Positions 21,236 to 30,397 of a DNA stretch of 64,000 nucleotides are shown here, piece by piece. The translations under genes were made by a program, and so were the position numbers. The DNA is from Candidatus Poribacteria bacterium (GTDB lineage: Bacteria; Poribacteria; WGA-4E; WGA-3G), in the NCBI GenBank assembly GCA_963665235.2, contig CAXXLX010000001.1, forward strand, positions 3,936,001-4,000,000, given 5' to 3'. Below the pieces are notes generated by a model. That model was not told the DNA's origin, did no database searches, and saw nothing but the letters and a program-made list of their open reading frames with translations. Each line of letters opens with the position of its first letter. The stretch's first letter is position 1.

Positions 21236-21729
21236 TTATTCTCTGCTTCACCTGCGTCTTGCAGGGCATTGTTGATGACCGATTCGCTCAGGTGCATTCC
21301 GTTTTTCTTCAACTGAATTAGAAGTGGCTTGATGACATCAATCAAACCTTCTTGCTTTGCCTCAAGCAGGATGCCTACTGTGCCTTTAACCGTTAATCCG
21401 ATTTCCTCTGCTCGCCGCCTTCCCCTCTTTTCATCAAGAAGAATAAGGCTGGCCTCATGTTCAACTGCAAGAGCCAGAGCTTCTGCTTCTCCAGGATCGA
21501 CACCTCGATAATCTGTAGCACCTTGCGGATTCGTCAGATCGACAACTTTAATCCACGGGGCACTGTTGAGGGCTTCCCGACGGACTCTCGGATCCTTTTT
21601 GAGAAACTCTTTTTCAACTTCTCTTGGAATCCACACCTCTGTATAAAGATCACGCAACAGAGAAAGAAGGTTGAGCATGAAGAGTCCAACAAGCGGACTG
21701 TTATTGCTAATAACTATCTGTATTGGCAT
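21232..21729 (-). CDS. DUF3368 PIN-like domain protein (copy A)
   Basis: Motifs VISNNSPL, VWIPREVEKE, DPGEAEALALA, LLDEKRGRR and GTVGILLEAK. Confidence 0.88.
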   Translation of the reverse strand: MPIQIVISNNSPLVGLFMLNLLSLLRDLYTEVWIPREVEKEFLKKDPRVRREALNSAPWIKVVDLTNPQGATDYRGVDPGEAEALALAVEHEASLILLDEKRGRRRAEEIGLTVKGTVGILLEAKQEGLIDVIKPLLIQLKKNGMHLSESVINNALQDAGEAENK

Positions 21730-21731
21730 TC

Positions 21732-23192
21732 TTAAAATCCGCTATTGATAAGCTCCTCCTCATCAACATAAAAAGGAGAGAGCCCATAATCTGCCATCAG
21801 GTACCAGAATTCTTCGCGCGAGACACCTGCAAGCTTCGAGGCAAGCCCGCTGCTGAGTTCACCGCTCCCGTAATACTTCATGCCCAACGCAATCCGCGCG
21901 TCCTGCTCCATCTCAAACGGTCCTGTTAGCGGTGTTAGCAGTGCCACAATTTCTTTCGGTAACTGAACCTTCATTTTCTGTTCAAAAGCAGTAATGCTCT
22001 GATGTGTGTCCTGAAACGCTGCGGCGACATCTACGTCTTGTAGGAGTGCGGCTGTCAGGTCGGTCTCCGCTTCTTCCCAACCTTTGGCAAGCAACCACGC
22101 CTCACCGCGTCTGTAATAGAATTCGGGAAGCTTCGGTCTGCGCGTTAAAGCCTCAGTATAATCCGCAATTGCGCTATCTAACTCGGCGTTGTCACGATGG
22201 GCGTTGCCACGATGTGTGTATGCCGCCACAAGTTCCGGATTGAGTTGTATCGCTTCATCGTAATCCGCAATTGCCTTGTCCAATTCGTTTTTGGCATAGT
22301 AAGCCTGACCCCGATTGAGGTATGCTTCGGCTAACGCCGGGTTGCAAGCGATGGCTTTGTTGTGTTCTTCAATTGCCTTGTCTACCTCACCCTGTTCGTT
22401 GTAGATGAGACCGCGGCAGGTATAGGGCTCAGCAAATTCCGGGTTGACTTCTATTGCTTTGTTGTAATCCGCAATAGCTGTGTCTATCTCGCCTTTATCA
22501 CGATAAGCTTGACCGCGCGCTGTCCAAGCCTCCGCAAATTCTGCATCCAGTGCTATCGCAGCGTTATAGTTCTCAATAGCAAGGTCTATATCCCCTTTGC
22601 AATGGTAAGTAAAACCGCGCTGGGTGTATGCAGCAGCAGCCGTATCGGGTTCGAGACGTATCGCGGTGCTGAAGTCCTGGATGGCCTTCTCAAAAGCAAA
22701 GAGGTTCCGGTAAGCCACGCCACGTGCCAAATAGGCAAAAGAATCGTCAGGTGTGAAGCTTAGGACTTTGCTAAGGTCACGAACGACGAGGAAAAACTTG
22801 CCCTCTGCATAGTAAGCCGAACTACGCCCCTTATAGGCAAGGACAATAGGCTCAAAATTCAGCTCTATGGCTTTGCTGAAGTCTTCAATAGCTTGATTGT
22901 GCTCACCTTTTTTGTAGTAAGCAGTGGCACGATTGTAATACGCCTCGGCAAAATGCGGCTCCAGTTTTATCGCCTTGCTGAAGGCTGCGATTGCGCGTGT
23001 GTGCTCACCCTTTTTACTGTAAGCGATGCCTTGGGTGTTATGTCGTGTTGCAGCGTCTTCTCTTTTTCTGTCGACACAATCGCTGTTGTAATAGGTATCC
23101 ATAGCACCTTGGATCCGTTCCTGTATGATTGACGTTCCCCATGTAGAACGCGCTATCACCGTATCTAGAGCACTTTGGAACAGTTCTTGCAT
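21732..23192 (-). CDS. About 10-TPR protein with C-terminal UPF0175 domain (copy A)
   Basis: About 34 aa TPR periodicity. The tail RIALGMKYYGSGELSSGLASKLAGVSREEFWYLMADYGL matches the UPF0175 pattern. Confidence 0.85.
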   Translation of the reverse strand: MQELFQSALDTVIARSTWGTSIIQERIQGAMDTYYNSDCVDRKREDAATRHNTQGIAYSKKGEHTRAIAAFSKAIKLEPHFAEAYYNRATAYYKKGEHNQAIEDFSKAIELNFEPIVLAYKGRSSAYYAEGKFFLVVRDLSKVLSFTPDDSFAYLARGVAYRNLFAFEKAIQDFSTAIRLEPDTAAAAYTQRGFTYHCKGDIDLAIENYNAAIALDAEFAEAWTARGQAYRDKGEIDTAIADYNKAIEVNPEFAEPYTCRGLIYNEQGEVDKAIEEHNKAIACNPALAEAYLNRGQAYYAKNELDKAIADYDEAIQLNPELVAAYTHRGNAHRDNAELDSAIADYTEALTRRPKLPEFYYRRGEAWLLAKGWEEAETDLTAALLQDVDVAAAFQDTHQSITAFEQKMKVQLPKEIVALLTPLTGPFEMEQDARIALGMKYYGSGELSSGLASKLAGVSREEFWYLMADYGLSPFYVDEEELINSGF

Positions 23193-23312
23193 AACTTTTC
23201 TCCTTTACAAGATAGGTTTTTCTTGAGGATAATTATAACGGACAATACCCCCCGATTTCAACGGAATGTAGGAGCTGACCGCCCTACTTAAAAAAGCGAA
23301 CACTGTCTGTTT

Positions 23313-23425
23313 TCATGTCCCTATTTCAGCACCTTGTTCTATCAATTCGCTCGGATGAATGGATAGATACGCTCTCACTTCCAGATTCATCCGCTCGATT
23401 TCGGCAAGAAACCTCCTGCCGATTT
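23313..23425 (-). pseudogene. 3' remnant of a small protein gene
   Basis: Reads ...RRFLAEIERMNLEVRAYLSIHPSELIEQGAEIGT-stop with no clear start of its own. Lies at the junction of the tandem duplication. Confidence 0.4.
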
Positions 23426-23428
23426 CCC

Positions 23429-23926
23429 TCAGATATTCTCTGCCTCACCTGCGTCTCGCAAGGCGTTATTGATGAGCGATTCGCTTAGGTGTATTCCGTT
23501 TTTCTGCAACTGAATTAGAAGTGGCTTGATGACATCAATCAAGCCTTCTTGCTTTGCCTCAAGCAGAATGCCAACTATCCCCTTAACCGTTAATCTGCTT
23601 TCCTCTGCTCGCCGCCTTCCCCTCTTTTCATCAAGAAGAATAAGGCTGGCCTCATGTTCAACTGCAAGAGCCAGAGCTTCTGCTTCTCCAGGATCGACAC
23701 CTTGATAATTTGCGGCACTTTGCGGATCTGTCAGATCGACAACTTTAATCCACGGGGCACTGTTGAGGGCTTCCCGACGGACTCTCGGATTCTTTTTGAG
23801 AAACTCTTTTTCAACTTCTCTTGGAATCCACACCTCTATATAAAGATCACGCAACAGAGAAAGAAGGTTGAGCCCAAAGAGGCCAACAAGCGGACTGTTA
23901 TTGCTGATAACTATCTGTACTGCCAT
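23429..23926 (-). CDS. DUF3368 PIN-like domain protein (copy B)
   Basis: Near-identical paralog of 21232-21729. Confidence 0.88.
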   Translation of the reverse strand: MAVQIVISNNSPLVGLFGLNLLSLLRDLYIEVWIPREVEKEFLKKNPRVRREALNSAPWIKVVDLTDPQSAANYQGVDPGEAEALALAVEHEASLILLDEKRGRRRAEESRLTVKGIVGILLEAKQEGLIDVIKPLLIQLQKNGIHLSESLINNALRDAGEAENI

Positions 23927-23928
23927 TC

Positions 23929-25389
23929 TTAATATCCGCTATTGATAAGCTCTTCTTCATCAACGTATAACGGAGAGAGCCCATAATCCGCCATCAGGTA
24001 CCAGAATTCTTCGCGCGAGACACCTGCAAGCTTCGAGGCAAGCCCGCTGCTGAGTTCACCGCTCCCGTAATACTTCATGCCCAACGCAATCCGCGCGTCT
24101 TGGTCAATCTCAAAGGGGCCTGTTAGCGGTGTTAGCAGTGCCACAATCTCTTTCGGTAGCTGAACCCCTATTTTCTGTTCAAAAGCAGTAATGCTCTGAT
24201 GTGTGTTCTGAAACGCTGCGGCGACATCTACGCCTTGTAGGAGTGCGGCTGTCAGGTCGGTCTCCGCTTCTTCCCAACCTTTGGCAAGCAACCACGCCTC
24301 ACCGCGTCTGTAATAGAATTCGGGAAGCTTCGGTCTGCGTGTTAAAGCCTCAGTATAATCCGCAATTGCGTTATCTAACTCAGGTTTGTCGCGATGGGCG
24401 TTGCCCCGATGTGTGTATGCCGCCACAAGTTCCGGATTGAGTTGTATGGCTTCGTCGTAATCCGCAATTGCTTTGTCCAATTCGCTTTTGGCATAGTAAG
24501 CCTGACCCCGATTGAGGTATGCTTCGGCTAACGCCGGGTTGTGAGCGATAGCTTTGTTGTGCTCTTCAATTGCTTTGTCAACCTCACCCTGTTCGTTGTA
24601 GATGAGACCGCGGCAGGTATAGGGCTCAGCAAGTTCTGGGTTGACTTCACTTGCCTTGTTGTAATCCGCAATTGCTGTGTTTATCTCACCTTTATCACGA
24701 TAAGCTTGACCGCGCGCTGTCCAAGCCCCCGCAAACTTCGGCTTCAGTGCTATCGCAGCGTTATAGTCCGCAATAGCAAGGTCTATATCCTCTTTGCAAT
24801 GGTAGGTTATACCGCGCTGGACGTATATATCAGCAACCGCATCGGGTTTGAGACGTATTGCCGCGCTGAAGTCCTGGATGGCTTTCTCAAAAACAAGGAG
24901 GTTACGGTAAGCCACGCCACGGGCCAAATAGGCAAAAGAATCTTCAGGTGTGAGGCTTAGGACTTTGCTAAAGTTATCAACGACGCGGTAAAACTTGTCT
25001 ACTGCATAGTAAGCCAAGCCGCGCCCTCTATAGGCAAGGACAACAGGCTCAAAATTCAGCTCTATGGCTTTGCTGAAGTCTTCAATAGCTTGATTGTGCT
25101 CACCTTTTTTGTAGTAAGCAGTGGCACGATTGTAATACGCCTCGGCAAAATGCGGCTCCAGTTTTACCGCCTTGCTGAAGGCTGCGATTGCATGTGCATG
25201 CTCACCCTTTTTACTGTAAGCGATGCCTTGGGTGTTATGTCGTGTTGCAGCGTCTTCTCTTTTTCCGTCGATACAATCGCTGTTGTAGTAGGTATCCATA
25301 GCCTCTTGGATCCGTTCTTGTATGATTGACGTTCCCCATGTAGAACGCGCTATTACCGTATCCAGAGCACTTTGGAACAGTTCTTGCAT
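23929..25389 (-). CDS. About 10-TPR protein with C-terminal UPF0175 domain (copy B)
   Basis: Same length (486 aa) and colinear with 21732-23192. Confidence 0.85.
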   Translation of the reverse strand: MQELFQSALDTVIARSTWGTSIIQERIQEAMDTYYNSDCIDGKREDAATRHNTQGIAYSKKGEHAHAIAAFSKAVKLEPHFAEAYYNRATAYYKKGEHNQAIEDFSKAIELNFEPVVLAYRGRGLAYYAVDKFYRVVDNFSKVLSLTPEDSFAYLARGVAYRNLLVFEKAIQDFSAAIRLKPDAVADIYVQRGITYHCKEDIDLAIADYNAAIALKPKFAGAWTARGQAYRDKGEINTAIADYNKASEVNPELAEPYTCRGLIYNEQGEVDKAIEEHNKAIAHNPALAEAYLNRGQAYYAKSELDKAIADYDEAIQLNPELVAAYTHRGNAHRDKPELDNAIADYTEALTRRPKLPEFYYRRGEAWLLAKGWEEAETDLTAALLQGVDVAAAFQNTHQSITAFEQKIGVQLPKEIVALLTPLTGPFEIDQDARIALGMKYYGSGELSSGLASKLAGVSREEFWYLMADYGLSPLYVDEEELINSGY

Positions 25390-25478
25390 AACTACTTTTC
25401 TCCTTTACAAGATGGGTTTTTCTTAAGGATAATGATAACGTACAATACCCCCCGATTTCAACAGAATGTAGGAGCGAT

Positions 25479-26765
25479 AGGTGTGTGAAGTTTTTGTACA
25501 AAACCGGTGTAAATGTTACACTTTTGACACAAAGTGTAACATTCAGGTCTCGGTGCTGCATTGGCACAAACCCACGCCACGTCTATGTTTGTAAGCGGTT
25601 TGCACCTGCCTTGGACGATTTCGAAAAAAGTGAAATGTCACACTTTCGCTATCGGAGGATAAGCAGGTGAGTTGCAAAACGCACCGCTTTCCTCCGAAAA
25701 ATGGTTCGGTTTTCTGTTATGTTAGTTGCTAACATGTTTGCATTTTTCTTCACAAAAAATATTGTGTTGTTTTGGGTGAAGTATTACCCCTCTTAAGAAA
25801 CGCACCCGTTTTTTCTCTAGCTTCTATAAATATATCGTCCCGATGGGACTAAGAAGGGTGGTAGAAACCGCTGCTTTCCTCCGAAAAAAGTTTTGGTTTT
25901 CTGTTATGTTAGTTGCGAACTGTTTGATTTTTCTTCATAAAAAATATTATTGGCTCATTGGCAATTGGTGAAGGTTTACTAAAGTTTGGACAATTTTATG
26001 AGTTTGCATTGATTTCCGTGTCGTCTGAATGCACGTCGCATTTGGGCGAGTACGCCGCAAATCGCGGATTACACGGAGAACACGGAGAACGCGGAAAGGA
26101 GGTGCGTAACACTCCAAGTTTTGGGATTATAGGTTAGGGTATTGTGTATTCTATAAACATTCCGCCCCTCTGGGGCTAGGTTGTGGAGGCGTTGCGTATT
26201 CTATAAATATACCGCCCCTACGGGGCTGCGTTTTCACAGGAGAAGCGGGGAACCGTTTGCCCGAATACTGGGACTAAGAATCGGGGCGGAAACGACTTTC
26301 TATAAATATATCGTCCCTACAGGACTAATACCAAATTAACAGGATTCATATTGTTTTTCCATTTTGCAAATCCACTAAATTCGCGATAGTTTCCAAAAAT
26401 GATAATATAGAATTCCTTATTGTCAAAAATAGGCAAAAATGATAATATAGTCCTGAAGATTATTTTTTTAAATTCGGTATAAGCGGGCAGAAACGGCTGC
26501 TTCTATAAATATATCGTCCCTACGGGACTAAGAATCGGGGCGGAAATGGTTTTCTATAAATATATCGTCCCTACGGGACTAAGAGGCGGGCAGAAACCCA
26601 GATGCCTATAAACATATCGTCCCTAAGAAGCCGACTTATCGCCCAGTATTCGGGCAACCAGCCCGCTCCTCATACTAGGGGAAAACTTTTCAAACTCACG
26701 TTATACGACACGACGGGCGATGAATCGCCCTACTACGAACGGGGGTCCAAAAACTTTACACACCC
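25479..26765. mobile_element. Non-coding composite repeat element bounded by inverted repeats, carrying about 7 REP-like palindromes
   Basis: Left end AGGTGTGTGAAGTTTTTG, right end CAAAAACTTTACACACCC. Internal units of the form TTCTATAAATATATCGTCCCTACGGGACTA and related GCCCC...GGGGC variants. Confidence 0.55.
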
Positions 26766-26943
26766 AGGTGTGAGCCCCCATTCAGGTGTGAACCCCCATT
26801 AATTTCAGCATCACATACCGCTCCGCTGGAGCATAATCCGCGAAATCCGTGTAATCCGCGTCAATCCGCGATTCAGACAATTTGTCACGTTGCTTAAAAT
26901 TAATGATACCACATCCCTCACCCAGATGTCAACCAAAAATTTC

Positions 26944-27888
26944 CTATTTCCCCTTCAAACTTTTCGCCTTCCGCAGCCGTGCCTCCACAAGATTAACAAC
27001 CGCTTCATACACCGCATCCCGTTCGCCTTGTGTGAGACCGAGAGCATCAAAGATAATCGCGTCAAGTGCGCGGCGGTCAGGTTGATTAATCTCATCAAAG
27101 ATTGACAAAACGGGTCGCTGTTTCATTGAGGCAAAGGCGCGTTGCAAACTCTCACCGCTTTGAGCATGAATCCAATCTGGGGAGATGAAATCAAAACTCA
27201 AAATGTCAGGGCCATAAGTTGTTAGCAACCCGTCTCCCAAATTGACTCTACCGTATATTTCAGAAACAAACACCGCTAAAGTAGAATTGGCAACTGCGTT
27301 TGCAGATTGAAGTGTCTCCCGATTATGAAGCGTTGCAGTGAACACAACATCACCAGCTAATAAAGAAGATATTTCGTTAATCGGAGTCCAATTTCTCTTA
27401 TCACGGAATCTCAAAATAAACCAATCAAAAGGTGGTTGTTCACCTAAATCCCACCAGCGTGGCCTGCCTCTGCAGCTCGGCCGCTGATGATACCCCTGTT
27501 TCTCACCCCACTCGATATACTCCAACGCAGCAGTTCCCGCCAACGCTGCCTTGTCCGCATGACACATAAACAGCTTGAACTTCAACTGACTCGGGTCTAC
27601 ACGGATACTCTTACACTCACGTGGGCTCTTAATGACAGGTTTCAAATATTCAGCCTCAATGCCCCATTCCTGAATTCGCTCGGTGTCAAGATAGAAGAAC
27701 TTGTTTGCACCCGTTTTGATGCCAAACCGCACCTCCGCAATGTTTCCGAGGCGCACCAGTTTATCTTTCCCCTTCTCTAAGAGCGTCCAATAGATATCCG
27801 GGGCGCGGAGATATTTCCCACCCCACTTGTCCCCAGCATACCTGTTTTCACGCGTGCCTGCTTGTGCCAGCTCGGTATTTGAAAACAT
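26944..27888 (-). pseudogene. Isolated C-terminal (specificity) part of a Type IIG/Eco57I-like restriction-modification enzyme
   Basis: KWGGKYLRAPDIY...LGNIAEVRFGIKTGANKFFY...YLKPVIKSPRE...RRALDAIIFDALGLT. No NPPY or SAM-binding motif and no clear RBS. Confidence 0.65.
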
Positions 27889-27966
27889 CGTAAACTTTTA
27901 ATATACTGTTTACGTTAAAGACAGAAAAAAAGACAGCAAATTTAAAAAGATAGAAGGAGCACTTTC

Positions 27967-28443
27967 ATGCGTCGAACGTCCATCTCAATTTTAAGCATAA
28001 TTCTACTTGTCCTATCCATCGGTTTGAGCGGTTGTGAGGAAACCCGTTCTGGCGGCCACGGTGCAACCGACCTCAGCCGGGGTGAGCCGAGTATTGTTGA
28101 CTCTGTCCTAGCAATTGCAGTCCATGAAGACCGTCCAGATGGTATCACTGACGTTTTTAGTTCAGGGGTAAATGACCAGGTGTTTTTATGGATTCTATGG
28201 AAAAACATTGAGGAAACGCACACGGTGGAGGTTTCCTGGTATGCTCCCGGGGATGATCTGGACAATCCGTATCGGTCAGATAAGCGCACTATCTCTTCAA
28301 CGACAGGCGAGAAGATCACGTGGTTTTACATTGATGCCCCTAAGGTTCAATCGCTCAATGTCGATTTTGAACAAGGCGAGTGGCTTGTAGAGATCTACTT
28401 GGATGGCCTCTTTGAACGGAGTCATCTATTCTTTATGGAATAG
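27967..28443 (+). CDS. Lipoprotein with a probable beta-sandwich domain
   Basis: AGGAG RBS, signal peptide with lipobox LSGC, C-terminal GEWLVEIYLDG. Confidence 0.8.
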   Translation: MRRTSISILSIILLVLSIGLSGCEETRSGGHGATDLSRGEPSIVDSVLAIAVHEDRPDGITDVFSSGVNDQVFLWILWKNIEETHTVEVSWYAPGDDLDNPYRSDKRTISSTTGEKITWFYIDAPKVQSLNVDFEQGEWLVEIYLDGLFERSHLFFME

Positions 28444-28519
28444 TGCCACGGTTTCCGCCCCCCTAACCCCTACAGTATGAGGAGCGGGGGGGAGGGCACC
28501 AAAAGCCAAGAACCAAGAA

Positions 28520-29422
28520 TTACAGAGCAGGCAGCTCTTCGCCAACGATAAGCCGGTACGCCTCTCGATATTTCTCGCTCGTTTTGGTGATAACGGTGTT
28601 AGGCAATTCAGGTGCTGGGGGTTCTTTGTTCCATCCGATTTCGGAGAGATAATCCCGCACGAATTGTTTGTCAAAGCTCTGCTGCGATTTGCCGGGTTCG
28701 TACTGGTCAGCAGGCCAAAAGCGTGAAGAGTCAGGTGTGAAGACTTCATCAATAAGAATGATGTCCCCGTTGCGCAACCCAAATTCGAACTTGGTGTCAC
28801 AGAGGATGATGCCTGCCTCTTCGGCATGTTGACTGGCAGCGTTGAAGAGCGCGAAACTGATCTCAATCAATTGGTCGGTGAGTGCGGCACCGATTTGGTC
28901 ACGCATTTCGTCAATAGACATGGGTTCGTCATGTTCCCCGTGTTCCGCTTTGGTTGTTGGGGTGAACAGCAGTTCCGGAAGTTTTTCGGATTCGCGGAGG
29001 CCGGCGGGTAATCCCTGTCCACAGATTTCTCCCGTTTTCTGATAGGAAGCCCATCCGGAGCCAGCGAGATACCCGCGGACGACACACTCAACGTCAACGC
29101 GCTCCGCTTTGCGAACGAGCATGGAGCGTCCCTCCAATATCTCCGCATCGACGTGTAAATTTTCGGGATAGTCTTCGATTTCTGTTGTGATAAGGTGATT
29201 GGTTACGACAGATTGGGTGTAGTTGAACCAGAATTTGGAAAGCCCGGTTAAAACTCTACCTTTGTCAGGGATGCCGTTCGGCAAAACGACATCAAAGGCG
29301 GAAAGCCGATCGGTTGATATTATCAACAGCTGATCGCCGAAGTCGTAAAGGTCACGGACTTTGCCCCGGTGTGCAGGCGTTACGTGGGTTAAATTTGTTG
29401 CTGTGAGAACGTTTTCGGACAT
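28520..29422 (-). CDS. purC: SAICAR synthase
   Basis: Motifs GKVRDLY, TDRLSAFD, ECVVRGYLAGSGW, DTKFEFG and DEVFTPDSSRFW. Confidence 0.97.
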   Translation of the reverse strand: MSENVLTATNLTHVTPAHRGKVRDLYDFGDQLLIISTDRLSAFDVVLPNGIPDKGRVLTGLSKFWFNYTQSVVTNHLITTEIEDYPENLHVDAEILEGRSMLVRKAERVDVECVVRGYLAGSGWASYQKTGEICGQGLPAGLRESEKLPELLFTPTTKAEHGEHDEPMSIDEMRDQIGAALTDQLIEISFALFNAASQHAEEAGIILCDTKFEFGLRNGDIILIDEVFTPDSSRFWPADQYEPGKSQQSFDKQFVRDYLSEIGWNKEPPAPELPNTVITKTSEKYREAYRLIVGEELPAL

Positions 29423-29475
29423 CTATTCCTCCTTGCAAATTTGTTAATCTAAGCGTCTCGTAGTAAGAGCTAACG

Positions 29476-30063
29476 TTATTCCTCTAGCAGTTTTTGAAGG
29501 ACAAGGGCAGTTTTATTCTCTGAATCAATTTCAAGTGCCTTGTCAAGTGCTTGCGATGCATTTCCGTTTTCGCCGAGGTAGTAGTAGCATGCTGCTGTGA
29601 GTGTATGAAGTTCGGCATTAGAGTCGTAATCGTGTCGAAAGAGGTATTGCGTATCCGCTTGCAGTGCGTTATCAATTGCGCGGATAGCCGACCTAAAATC
29701 GGAGGCATCTTTGTAACGTAAGTAGAGCACATTCGCGAGCCCGACCCATGCATCAGCATTAGAATCGTCAAGCCGAACGGCGTTTTGAAACGCCTCCTGT
29801 GCAAGCGGGAGGGTTAAGGAGAGGCTCAGATGGCTCCAGCCGACCCCGTTGTGTGCATCCGCAAATCCCGTATCGGTGTTGAGGGCACGTTCAAAATTGA
29901 GCAGTGCTTGTGTGTAGTCGCCTGAATTGTAGGCACGCCACCCCGCTTCTGTGTGCATGAGTGCAGTTGCCCTATCCGTTTCTGAACGGTCGGAACAACC
30001 GCTCAGCGTCAAAAGCGTGAAGCCGAATATAAACAGGGCCGGTATTATGAAAACAGTCCGCAT
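29476..30063 (-). CDS. TPR-repeat lipoprotein
   Basis: Lipobox LSGC and TPR motifs. ATG at 30063 follows GGAGG. Confidence 0.8.
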   Translation of the reverse strand: MRTVFIIPALFIFGFTLLTLSGCSDRSETDRATALMHTEAGWRAYNSGDYTQALLNFERALNTDTGFADAHNGVGWSHLSLSLTLPLAQEAFQNAVRLDDSNADAWVGLANVLYLRYKDASDFRSAIRAIDNALQADTQYLFRHDYDSNAELHTLTAACYYYLGENGNASQALDKALEIDSENKTALVLQKLLEE

Positions 30064-30102
30064 CTTGCCTCCTTCTAATACCATTTCTAATTAAAAACGT
30101 CT

Positions 30103-30389
30103 CTTTCTTGTAGCATAAACTTCCAGTTTGTGCACTTTCTTGTAGCATAAACTTCCAGTTTGTGCTCTTTCTTGTAGCATAAACTTCCAGTTTGTGTGCT
30201 TTCTTGTAGCATAAACTTCCAGTTTGTGCACTTTCTTGTAGCATAAACTTCCAGTTTGTGCACTTTCTTGTAGCATAAACTTCCAGTTTGTGCACTTTAT
30301 TGTAGCATAAACTTCCAGTTTGTGCACTTTCTTGTAGCATAAACTTCCAGTTTGTGCACTTTCTTGTAGCATAAACTTCCAGTTTGTGC
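30103..30389 (+). repeat. Nine tandem copies of a 32-bp GTAG-type REP-like palindrome
   Basis: Unit CTTTCTTGTAGCATAAACTTCCAGTTTGTGCA with stem GCATAAACT/AGTTTGTGC. Confidence 0.92.
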
Positions 30390-30397
30390 CTTGCTTG

